A stretch of 62,895 nucleotides of DNA from Chitinophagales bacterium. Its GTDB lineage: Bacteria > Bacillota > UBA5301 > DYFA01. The stretch's first letter is position 1. Each line of letters begins with the position of its first letter. Where the stretch lies: assembly GCA_050260095.1 (NCBI GenBank), contig JBLNBQ010000180.1, positions 1 through 62,895 of the forward strand. The letters run 5' to 3'. Below the pieces are notes generated by a model, which saw nothing but the letters and a program-made list of their open reading frames with translations, did no database searches and was not told where the DNA came from. Below are positions 50,905 to 58,976 of this stretch, piece by piece. Position numbers and translations under genes: made by a program.

Positions 50905-52023
50905 TCAGCGGACGGCCAGCAGGATGTCCCGGGCGGCCAGGGCGGTCCAGGCGCGGGGGTTGTTCTGCAACAGGCGGGTCTGTTCGAGGGACTCTTCAGC
51001 CATGGCCGGGATCTCGCTCTCGGCGATGCCCAGTTCGGACAGGTGTTTGGGGAACGGCAGGCGGTCGACCAGCGCCTGGACCCAGGCGAGGAAGTCGCCC
51101 CCGACGGTGGCCGAAAGGATGTCGATCTGGGCGGGGCAGCTTTGGGCGTTGAAGCGCATGACGTGCGGCAGCAGGAGGCCGTTGGCCACCCCATGCGCCA
51201 CCCCGCGGCTGCCCAGGGAGTAGGCCAGGGCGTGCACGGCGCCGGTCCCGGCGATGGTGAGCGCGGCGCCTCCCAGGTAACTGCCGACCAGGGTCGCCTG
51301 CCGCGCCTCGAGGTCGCTCCCCCGCTGCACCGCGGTCTCGAGGGAGGCGGCGAGCAGCCGGACGGCCTCGAGCGAAAAGGCCTGGCTCACCGGATTGGCC
51401 CGGCGGGAGATGAAGGATTCCACCGCGTGCGTGAGGGCGTCGAGGCCGGTCGACGCGGTCACCGAGGGAGGCAGGCCCTGCGTCAGCTCCGGGTCGAGCA
51501 GGGCGAGGTCGGGCAGCAGGAAGCGGCTCACGATGGCGACTTTCCGGCGGCGCGCCGCGTCGATGAAGAGCGCGTTGGGCGTCGCCTCCGCGCCGGTCCC
51601 GGCGGTCGTCGGCACCAGCGCCAGCTCCAGGCTTCGCCCGGGGAGCAACTCCGTCCCCACGACCGCTTCGGTCGCCCGCCCGCTGCCGGCCAGAGCCGCG
51701 ACCCCCTTGGCGGTATCCATCGCGCTTCCGCCGCCCAGGCCCACGACCACGGCCGCGCCGCGCTCCTCGGCCAGGGTCCGGCACGCCTCCAGGTCGGCCA
51801 GCGTCGGTTCGCCGGCCAATTCGGTGAAGCTGGTGACGGCGAAGCCTGCCGACTCGAGGCGCTGGGCGACGGCCGCCGGCAGCCCGAGCCGGGCCAGGCC
51901 GCGGTCGGAGACCAACAGCAGCGGGGCGCCGCGGTGTTCGAGCAGTTCGGGCAGCCTGGCGACGGAACCAGGGGCGCAGACAGTCTTCTTCGGCAACCGG
52001 GGCAGGTACTCGAACGGGACCAT
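50905..52023 (-). CDS. Iron-containing (group III) alcohol dehydrogenase
   Basis: VVVGLGGGSAMDTAKGVAAL, PTTAGTGAEATPNALF, GLDALTHAVESF, HALAYSLG...HGVANG. Confidence 0.88.
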   Translation of the reverse strand: MVPFEYLPRLPKKTVCAPGSVARLPELLEHRGAPLLLVSDRGLARLGLPAAVAQRLESAGFAVTSFTELAGEPTLADLEACRTLAEERGAAVVVGLGGGSAMDTAKGVAALAGSGRATEAVVGTELLPGRSLELALVPTTAGTGAEATPNALFIDAARRRKVAIVSRFLLPDLALLDPELTQGLPPSVTASTGLDALTHAVESFISRRANPVSQAFSLEAVRLLAASLETAVQRGSDLEARQATLVGSYLGGAALTIAGTGAVHALAYSLGSRGVAHGVANGLLLPHVMRFNAQSCPAQIDILSATVGGDFLAWVQALVDRLPFPKHLSELGIAESEIPAMAEESLEQTRLLQNNPRAWTALAARDILLAVR

Positions 52024-52042
52024 GAAACATCCTCCTCTTCGT

Positions 52043-52077
52043 GGAAAGGGGCGGGGCCGGCTGGAGCCGGCCCCGCC
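52043..52077 (-). terminator. GC-rich hairpin (attenuator/partial terminator) after binding-protein gene copy 2
   Basis: The minus strand reads GGCGGGGCCGGC-tcca-GCCGGCCCCGCC followed by CCTTTCC, directly before the Fe-ADH RBS. The U-tract is weak. Confidence 0.4.
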
Positions 52078-52097
52078 GGGTACGCGTGGATTCCGGG

Positions 52098-53219
52098 TCA
52101 GCCTTCGATCTTGGAGACGACCTGCGGCTGGCCGTTCACGATCTTGAGGATGAAGATCTCGTTGACGGCCTCGCCCTTCTCGTCGAACGTGTAATCCAGA
52201 CCGGAAACGCCCGGGAACTTCTTCAGCTTCTTCAGGTTGTCGCGGATGGCAGCCGGCTTATCCGACTTGCCCATCTCGATGGCTTTCGCCACCATCATCG
52301 CCGCATCGTAGTACAGGACAGTGAAGGTTTCCGGCAGTTTGCCGTACTTCGCCTTGTGGCGCTTCACGAAGGCCTGGACCTGCGGGTCAGGGTTGGTCGC
52401 CGCGTACGGGGTGGCCGTGTACTTTCCCTCGGCCGCGCCCTGGGCCATGGCGATGGTGGAAGCCTGCCCGAGCACCATCGAACCGTAGTAGGTGACGTCC
52501 GGGATCAGCTGGTTGACCTGCCGGGTGATGAGCGCCTGCTCTTCGTTGTGGCTGAAGACGATCATCGCTTCCGCGCCCGACTTCTTGATGTTGAGCAGCT
52601 GGGCGGTGAAGTCCTTGTCGCCGGTGTTGTGTCCCTCGACGGCGACCGGGGTCAGGCCCTTCGCCTTCAGAGCCGCGATGATGTTGTCGCGGCCGCCGAC
52701 GCCGAACTGGTCGGTGTTGTGGAAGATCGCGATCTTCTTGGCGCCGGCCTTGACGGAGGCGTTCACCATGGCGCGCGCGGTGAGCGCGTCATACTCGCGG
52801 ACGCGGAAGATCCACGGGCTGGGGTTCTCGGTGATGGCCATGGCTGAGCCGGTAGCCAGGACGGGGATGCCCATCTGGATGGCCAGCGGGCGGAAGGCCA
52901 GGACGACGGTGGACTGGTGGTCGCCGATGACGACGGGCACGTGGTCCTGTTCGACCAGCTTGCGGAAGGCGTTGACACCGGCGGTCGGCAGGCCCTGGGC
53001 GTCCTCGATGAGGATCTTCACGGGACGGCCGAGGATGCCGCCCCTCGCGTTGATGTCTTCCTCGGCCATCATCAGGCCTTCTTTGGCCTGCTGGCCCGAC
53101 ATGGCGCTGCCTCCGGTCAAGGCAGCGAGGGCTCCGATGCGGATTGGCTCGGCGGCAAACACGGGTGCTGCACTGGCGAGAAGCAGGACCGCCGAGACGG
53201 CGATGGCTAGTTTACGCAC
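52098..53219 (-). CDS. Liv-type (Peripla_BP_6) ABC substrate-binding protein, copy 2
   Basis: Signal MRKLAIAVSAVLLLASAAPVFA, then EPIRIGALAALTGGSAMSGQQAKEGLMMAEEDINARGGILGRPV. Collinear paralog of 42213..43331. Confidence 0.88.
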   Translation of the reverse strand: MRKLAIAVSAVLLLASAAPVFAAEPIRIGALAALTGGSAMSGQQAKEGLMMAEEDINARGGILGRPVKILIEDAQGLPTAGVNAFRKLVEQDHVPVVIGDHQSTVVLAFRPLAIQMGIPVLATGSAMAITENPSPWIFRVREYDALTARAMVNASVKAGAKKIAIFHNTDQFGVGGRDNIIAALKAKGLTPVAVEGHNTGDKDFTAQLLNIKKSGAEAMIVFSHNEEQALITRQVNQLIPDVTYYGSMVLGQASTIAMAQGAAEGKYTATPYAATNPDPQVQAFVKRHKAKYGKLPETFTVLYYDAAMMVAKAIEMGKSDKPAAIRDNLKKLKKFPGVSGLDYTFDEKGEAVNEIFILKIVNGQPQVVSKIEG

Positions 53220-53317
53220 TCTGTTTTCCCGTCCTTTCTTTCCTCCCGATCGGGACTCTCAACTGGAAAAGGTTTTTGCTGGGGCAGGCTCGCTCCGAAA
53301 CGAGGGCCTCCTTTCCG

Positions 53318-53980
53318 TCAGAATAACCGTAACGCCGCGAAGCGGGCGTTGCGGATGTGCTCCTCCATCGCGGCGGCGGCAGTCTGCGGATTCCCGTCGC
53401 TCAAGGCGTCCACGATCGCCAGGTGCTCGCGCACCGAGGCGGCGATGCGCCCGGGCTGGCGGCTCGACAGGATACGGATCCGCTGGTTCTGGTCTTGAAG
53501 GTTGCGGTAGAATGCCTCTCCCCGGCGGTTTCCGGCCAGGGTCACGAGGTAGGCGTGGAACTCCCCGTCGAGGGTGATGGAGCGCCAGTAGTCGGGTTCG
53601 TCCTCCTCCAGCATGGCGTGGAAAGCCTCCCGGAACCGCTCCAGGTCCCTTGGACCGGCCTTCTCCGTCGCCGCCCGCACCACCCAGGTTTCGACCGCCT
53701 CCCGCAGCTCGAAGATCTCCACGATGTCCTTGACCGACAGCTCCGCGACGAAGGTCCCGCGGCGGGGTTCCATGCGGACCAACGACTCCGAGGCGAGCTG
53801 GACCAGGGCCTCGCGCAGGGGGGTGCGGCTCATCCCGAACTCGTCCGCCAGCTCCTGCTCGCACAGGACCTCTCCCGGAAGGAGCCGGCAGCTCACGATG
53901 CGCTCTTTGAGTTCCCGATACGCAGTCTCCTTGAGTGCCGTCCGTTTCGTTGCGGCGATCGCTCCCACGCGGCCTCTCAC
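53318..53980 (-). CDS. GntR-family transcriptional regulator, FadR/FCD subfamily (copy 2)
   Basis: CEQELADEFGMSRTPLREALVQLASESLV plus an FCD domain. It shares NLQDQNQRIRILS.RQPGR and EHLAIVDALS with copy 1. Confidence 0.88.
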   Translation of the reverse strand: MRGRVGAIAATKRTALKETAYRELKERIVSCRLLPGEVLCEQELADEFGMSRTPLREALVQLASESLVRMEPRRGTFVAELSVKDIVEIFELREAVETWVVRAATEKAGPRDLERFREAFHAMLEEDEPDYWRSITLDGEFHAYLVTLAGNRRGEAFYRNLQDQNQRIRILSSRQPGRIAASVREHLAIVDALSDGNPQTAAAAMEEHIRNARFAALRLF

Positions 53981-54089
53981 CTGCCTGTACGCCCGTTGGA
54001 GTTGTAGGAATTATGATACAGCGATGGCTGCAATAGCATTTTGTCGCCGGCCGCCAAATACCTGCCCGGCCCGCCTGGTATTTCCTGCG

Positions 54090-55640
54090 CTAGAACCGCA
54101 GGGCGAGACCGCCCAGGGCCAGCATCCCGGAGGCCGAGAGCGGTGAAGCATTGACGCCGGTGAAGGGGAGTTCGAGTTCCTCTCCGGTGAAGTAGCCGTC
54201 GGCGTAATAGTGCCAGTCGCCCCCGGCCGAGGCCTGCCCGGCGAAGGCGGCGAACCAGGTGAGGCCGCGGACCGGCGTCTCGCCGCTCATGGTGACCATC
54301 CCGCCGAGGGTCGCGAGGAAAGTCCGTGCCGTGACCGGCGTGCCCCAGTGGACGATATCGGAGCCGTACTCCAGCCAGGGCAGGCCGTTTCCAGGGTCCG
54401 GCACGCGGCCGGCGGGGGCGGCGCCCCAGGCCAACCCGGCGTACGGACCCACGGCCCAGCGCACCCCGCCGCTGACGCCGTGCTGGAGCAGGCCGCCGAG
54501 GACGAACCCGCCCGACCCGCGGGGCTGCCCGGCCATCGATGGGCCGCCGGCGAACCCTCCGAGCCCCAGCAGACCCTCCCACTCGGCGCTGAACGGCACC
54601 TCGGCCAGGCCGCCGAAGGCCATCGCCGAATCCATGCTCACGACCTCCGGGTAAAGCCACGAACCACTCTCACCCTGCCAGTCCTTGAACTGGATCGAAC
54701 CCGTCACTTCCCGCACGTTGCGCAGCGGATAAAAGCCGCCGACCAGGCTGAGGGCGGGGCCGGCCCCAGGCGCCCGAGGGGCGGCGAGCGGCGGCGCGGG
54801 CGGCAGGTAGGGACGGAGAACCGGGGGCGCGGGTGGCGGAGGCAGAGGCGGCGGGGGCGCGGCGGTCCCGGCCGAAGGATCCTCGAGCCCGATGACCGGC
54901 GGCCCCGCCGGCGGCCCGGGCAGCGGCCGGATTCCCGGATGCGGGTGGGCCTCGAGGTAGGGTGAGAACGGCCCGGCCAGGCGGCGGACCAGGATATCCT
55001 GTGCGTCGAAGCGGTAACCGGCCTCCCGGAGCCACCGGGCGGCCAGGGCGTCGGCGGCCCGCTCCTCCGAGGCGGGGTAGAACTCGCCGAGCAGGGCCGG
55101 AGCGAAGCGGCCGAGCCCAGCGCGCTCCGGGCTGGCCACGCCGGTGGCCAGCCGCTGCAGGAGGGCTTTCCCCTCGGCCGACGTCACGTCGTCGAGGTTG
55201 TGGCGGAGCGCCGCGTGGGCCAGTTGGTGCGCGAGCGCCGCCGCCACCTCATCCACCGTCGGAAGCTTTCTGAGCAGGGCAAGGGTGACATAGACGGAGC
55301 CATCGGACAAGGACCAGGCGTCCGCCCGGTCGGTCGCCGAGAGGACGTGCAGCGCGTAAGGGAGCGGCCGCTGCAACCGGGCGCTGGCCGCCAACCGGTC
55401 GAAGATGGCGCGCAGGTACGCCCCGTCGGGCGTCGCCAGCGGAACCTCGTGCCCGCCCCGGCTGAGCGCCAGCGGAAGGAGCCTTTGCCCAACCGGGACG
55501 TCCAGTTCGTCCGAGGGGGGATTCGCCCAGGTGGCGACGGTCCCGCCCGCTAACGCCGCGCCAGGAAAGAATCCGGCGATCGCCAGCGCCAGAAGGCCGC
55601 CGGCCACCGCACTGAGCAGTCTCCGATCCGCCCGGTTCAT
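54090..55640 (-). CDS. M48-like pseudo-peptidase domain (HQxxH) fused via a Pro-rich linker to a C-terminal beta-barrel-like domain
   Basis: Signal LLSAVAGGLLALAIAGFFPGAALA. M48 layout ADAWSLSDGSVYVTLALL...DEVAAALAHQLAHAALRH ... SEERAADALAARWLREAGY. Pro-rich PPAGPPV...PPPPLPPPPAPPVLRPYLPPAPP. Gly/aromatic-rich C-terminal ~240 aa ending LALGGLALRF. Confidence 0.6.
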   Translation of the reverse strand: MNRADRRLLSAVAGGLLALAIAGFFPGAALAGGTVATWANPPSDELDVPVGQRLLPLALSRGGHEVPLATPDGAYLRAIFDRLAASARLQRPLPYALHVLSATDRADAWSLSDGSVYVTLALLRKLPTVDEVAAALAHQLAHAALRHNLDDVTSAEGKALLQRLATGVASPERAGLGRFAPALLGEFYPASEERAADALAARWLREAGYRFDAQDILVRRLAGPFSPYLEAHPHPGIRPLPGPPAGPPVIGLEDPSAGTAAPPPPLPPPPAPPVLRPYLPPAPPLAAPRAPGAGPALSLVGGFYPLRNVREVTGSIQFKDWQGESGSWLYPEVVSMDSAMAFGGLAEVPFSAEWEGLLGLGGFAGGPSMAGQPRGSGGFVLGGLLQHGVSGGVRWAVGPYAGLAWGAAPAGRVPDPGNGLPWLEYGSDIVHWGTPVTARTFLATLGGMVTMSGETPVRGLTWFAAFAGQASAGGDWHYYADGYFTGEELELPFTGVNASPLSASGMLALGGLALRF

Positions 55641-55684
55641 CCAGATACCCCCCCACGTCAAGCCCGGTTCCCGGGCGATGCGTC

Positions 55685-56716
55685 CTAGAGCCCCCGCACC
55701 CCGGCCAGCCGGGCGGCGAAGCGCAGGGCGTCGAGCATGCTCTCGGCGTTGGCGGTGCCCTTCCCCGCCTTGCCGAAGGCCGTCCCGTGATCGACCGAGG
55801 TGCGGATGAGCGGCAGGCCGAGCGTGACGTTGACGCCGCTCACCGAAGACCAGCGCCCGCTCGCCGCGTCGAGGTGGAAGCCCGCCACCTTGATCGGGAT
55901 GTGGCCCTGGTCGTGGTACATGGCGACAGCGAAGTCGTAGAGGCCGCCGCGGGCTTTGGAGAAGAGGGTGTCGGGCGGCACGGGCCCTTCGGCCCGGATG
56001 CCCTCCGCCTGGGCGGCGGCGATGGCCGGGGCGATCTCCTTGATCTCCTCGTCGCCGAAGAGACCGCCCTCGCCGGAGTGCGGGTTAAGGCCGGCCACGC
56101 CGATGGTGGGCTGCTCGATGCCGAGCCTTTGCCCAGTCTGGTGGGCCAGGCGGATGACGGTCAGCACCCGGTCCTTCTTTACCCGGTCGCAGGCCTCCCG
56201 GAGCGAGACGTGCGTGCTCACGTGCAGCACCCGGAAGTTGCCGTCGACCAGCATCATGGAGTAGCTCCGCACCCCGGTGAGGTGGGCCAGGATCTCGGTG
56301 TGCCCGCTGAAATGATAACCGCCCAGGTTCAGCGCCTCTTTGTTCAAGGGCCCGGTGACGATGGCCGCCACCCGTCCGGCGAGCGCGAGCCGCACGCCCG
56401 TCTCCACGTACTCGTAGGCCGCCTTGCCTCCCAGCGGGGAGACCTTCCCGTAGGGGATCGCCGCGGGGTCGGCGTTGGCCAGGTCGATCACGTACAAGGT
56501 GTGCGGATCGTCGCCGCACTCCTCAGGACCGGCGATCGTGCGGATGGTCAGGTCTGTGCCGGTGAAACGGAGGGCGTCGGCCAGAAAGCGGCGGTCGCCC
56601 ACCACCAGCGTCCTCGTGCCGGGCACGGGACCGTGGGCGAGCGCCTTGACCGCGATCTCGGCCCCGATCCCCGCCGGATCGCCCATCGTGATGGCCAGGA
56701 TTGGCTTTGCCTCCAT
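55685..56716 (-). CDS. pdxA: PdxA-family 4-hydroxythreonine-4-phosphate dehydrogenase-like NAD-dependent dehydrogenase
   Basis: ITMGDPAGIGAEI, GHTEILA, VSTHVSLREA, GLNPHSGEGG, MYHDQGHIPIK, IRTSVDHGTAF. Confidence 0.88.
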   Translation of the reverse strand: MEAKPILAITMGDPAGIGAEIAVKALAHGPVPGTRTLVVGDRRFLADALRFTGTDLTIRTIAGPEECGDDPHTLYVIDLANADPAAIPYGKVSPLGGKAAYEYVETGVRLALAGRVAAIVTGPLNKEALNLGGYHFSGHTEILAHLTGVRSYSMMLVDGNFRVLHVSTHVSLREACDRVKKDRVLTVIRLAHQTGQRLGIEQPTIGVAGLNPHSGEGGLFGDEEIKEIAPAIAAAQAEGIRAEGPVPPDTLFSKARGGLYDFAVAMYHDQGHIPIKVAGFHLDAASGRWSSVSGVNVTLGLPLIRTSVDHGTAFGKAGKGTANAESMLDALRFAARLAGVRGL

Positions 56717-56940
56717 GCGTGCGTCACACCTTCCTGTGTTTTCGGATGCTCTCTCTACTCATCGCGGCCAGGTTCCGGCCAGCGCGCCGCCACGCCGTAG
56801 TGGGGCGCCTCGACCGACCGGAGGCGGGTGAGCCCGGTGAGCCCGGCTTCGGCCAACAGGCGCTGTGCCTGCTCCAGGCCTATGCGAACCTCCGCCGGCG
56901 GTCCCGGCGGCCCGGCCCCCCCGATTTCTGCCCTACGCGT

Positions 56941-57819
56941 TCACCCCTTCTCCTGATTGCCCCGGCGCCGGTCGACGTAGTGGACCGCCGAAAGCGCCGC
57001 CAGAAGGCCCTCCCCCACCGCCTTCGCCAGCTGGTAGGGGCGCCCGGTGCAGTCGCCCGCGGCGAAGACCCCCGGCAGGTTGGTGGCCATCTGACGGTCC
57101 ACTTTGATCGCGCCCTCCGCCATCTCCAGTCCGGGCAGCAGACTCTCGGCCGGGGTAAGCTCCCGCAGGATGAAGACCCCGTCCACCGGGTAGCTTTCCC
57201 CACCGGCGGTCACCCGTTCTACCTTGCCGGCGCCTTCGATCGCTTTGACGGTTGGACCCGCGACGGTCACGTTCGCCGCGGCCGGCGCCTCCTCCGGCTG
57301 GCCGAACCAGTACACCTTGGCGCAGAGTCCGGCCAGAAACGCGGCCTCTTCCCTGGCTTCGTCGCCCTTCCCGATCACCGCCACCGTGCGTCCCCGGAAG
57401 AGGGCCCCGTCGCAGGTGGCGCAGTAGCTCACGCCCCGCCCCAGAAGCTCTTTCTCGCCCGGGAGGTAATTGGTGGGCGAAACGCCGGTGGCCAGGATCA
57501 CGGAGCGGGCGGTGAAGGTATCATGGGCGGTTGCCAGGATGAACTGGTCCCCCAGCGGCATGATGCTGGTGATCTTGCCCTTGAGCACCTCGACCCCGGC
57601 CGTCTTGAGGTGGCCGAAGAAGGCCTCCCGCAGTTCCGGCCCGGTGATGTTGGGGAAGCCCAGGTAATTGCGGATCTCCGGCGAACGGTGAAGCTTCTGG
57701 GTGCAGAACTGCACGCCGTGCAGGTTCACCGAGCGGTCCCGGGCCCGCACGTTGATGGCCGCCGACAGCCCGGCCGGCCCGCAACCCACGATGGCGACGT
57801 CAACGACTTCCTGGCTCAT
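56941..57819 (-). CDS. Thioredoxin-reductase-like FAD/NAD(P)-dependent disulfide oxidoreductase
   Basis: VAIVGCGPAGLSAA, redox CATCDG, VAVIGKGDEA, VFAAGDCTG. At 292 aa it is shorter than canonical TrxB. Confidence 0.8.
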   Translation of the reverse strand: MSQEVVDVAIVGCGPAGLSAAINVRARDRSVNLHGVQFCTQKLHRSPEIRNYLGFPNITGPELREAFFGHLKTAGVEVLKGKITSIMPLGDQFILATAHDTFTARSVILATGVSPTNYLPGEKELLGRGVSYCATCDGALFRGRTVAVIGKGDEAREEAAFLAGLCAKVYWFGQPEEAPAAANVTVAGPTVKAIEGAGKVERVTAGGESYPVDGVFILRELTPAESLLPGLEMAEGAIKVDRQMATNLPGVFAAGDCTGRPYQLAKAVGEGLLAALSAVHYVDRRRGNQEKG

Positions 57820-57829
57820 GCGCGCTCAC

Positions 57830-58945
57830 CTACTTCAGGTTGTCGGGGTTGAGCCCCGCCAGTTCGGGCACGACGAAGAGACCGTCCTTCCTGATGAGGC
57901 GCCCGTCGAACCAGATTTCGCCCCCGCCGTAGTCGGGCCGTTGGATGAGGACGAGATCCCAGTGGACCGCCGACTTGTTGCCGTTGAAGGCGTCGTCATA
58001 GGAGGAGCCCGGGGTGAAATGGATGCTGCCGGCGATCTTCTCGTCGAAGAGGGTCTCGTTCATGGGATACAGGACGTAGGGGTTGACCCCGATCGCGAAC
58101 TCGCCGACGTAGCGGGCGCCCTCGTCGGTGTCGAAGATGGCGTTTATGGCCTGGTCGTCGTTGGCGGTCGCCTCGACGATCTTCCCGTCCCGGAAGGTCA
58201 GTTTGACGTTGTCGAACCGGGTCCCCTGGTAGGTGCTCTGGGTGTTGTAGGCGATGGTCCCGTTCACCGAGTCTTTGACCGGGGCCGTGTAGACCTCCCC
58301 GTCGGGCAGGTTGAGCTTGCCGTCGCACTTGATCGCGGGAATGCCCTTGATCGAGAAGGAGAGGTCGGTCCCCGGCCCCACCAGGCGGACCTGGTCGGTG
58401 CGCTGCATGAGATCGACCAGGGCGTCCATCGCTGCCGACATCTTGGAGTAGTCGAGGTTGCAAACTTTGAAATAGAGTTCCTCGAAGGCGGCGGTGCTCA
58501 TCCCGGCCTGCTGGGCCATGGACGGAGTCGGGTACCGCAGCACGACCCACCTCGTCTTCGGCACCCGGATCTCGCTGTGCACCGGGCGCCAGAAGTGCCT
58601 GGCGTAGATGGCCTGCTTCTCCTGGGGTACATCGGCAAGCTCGGCGCTATTCTCGGAGGCGCGCAGGCCGACGTAGGCCTGCATCTCCTTCATCCTGGCC
58701 GCCTCCCAGGCGGCCATCGCGTCGTACTGCGCCTCCGTGGCCCCCAGCAAGAGTTCCCGGTTGAGTTGCGGGCGCTTCAAGGTGAGGAAAGGCACTCCCC
58801 CGACCTCGTACGCCCGGCGGACCAGCGCCGCGGCCAGATCGTCGCCCGGGCCGATGCACTCGATCAGGATCTTCTCGCCAGCCTTGAGTTCGGTCGAATA
58901 ATCGATAATGGTCTTCGCCAGCTGGGTTAGGCGTGGATCGATCAT
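57830..58945 (-). CDS. M29-family aminopeptidase (AmpS/PepS-like)
   Basis: LAKTIIDYSTELKAGEKILIE...NLPDGEVYTAP...GTIAYN...EFAIGVNP...HFTPGSSY. Confidence 0.82.
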   Translation of the reverse strand: MIDPRLTQLAKTIIDYSTELKAGEKILIECIGPGDDLAAALVRRAYEVGGVPFLTLKRPQLNRELLLGATEAQYDAMAAWEAARMKEMQAYVGLRASENSAELADVPQEKQAIYARHFWRPVHSEIRVPKTRWVVLRYPTPSMAQQAGMSTAAFEELYFKVCNLDYSKMSAAMDALVDLMQRTDQVRLVGPGTDLSFSIKGIPAIKCDGKLNLPDGEVYTAPVKDSVNGTIAYNTQSTYQGTRFDNVKLTFRDGKIVEATANDDQAINAIFDTDEGARYVGEFAIGVNPYVLYPMNETLFDEKIAGSIHFTPGSSYDDAFNGNKSAVHWDLVLIQRPDYGGGEIWFDGRLIRKDGLFVVPELAGLNPDNLK

Positions 58946-58976
58946 CCCTCATCCTCCATCTCTCACATAGCTTGAC

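Noticed and set aside
56717-56940. A 224-nt gap between the trxB-like gene and pdxA. After the TGA at 56941..56943 the trxB frame continues open for about 62 codons (TRRAEIGGAGPPGPPAEVRIGLEQAQRLLAEAGLTGLTRLRSVEAPHYGVAARWPEPGRDE), just downstream of a C7/G7 homopolymer at 56916..56922. I considered a stop-codon read-through or selenocysteine extension, or a gene remnant.
   Set aside because: The stretch has no ATG, GTG or TTG start with an RBS. I saw no SECIS-like hairpin directly after the TGA. Bacterial TrxB-type enzymes do not use a C-terminal Sec. The LLAEAG-like segment is too short to assign. It is most likely non-coding or a decayed fragment. It is only worth a look if reads show length variation in the homopolymer.
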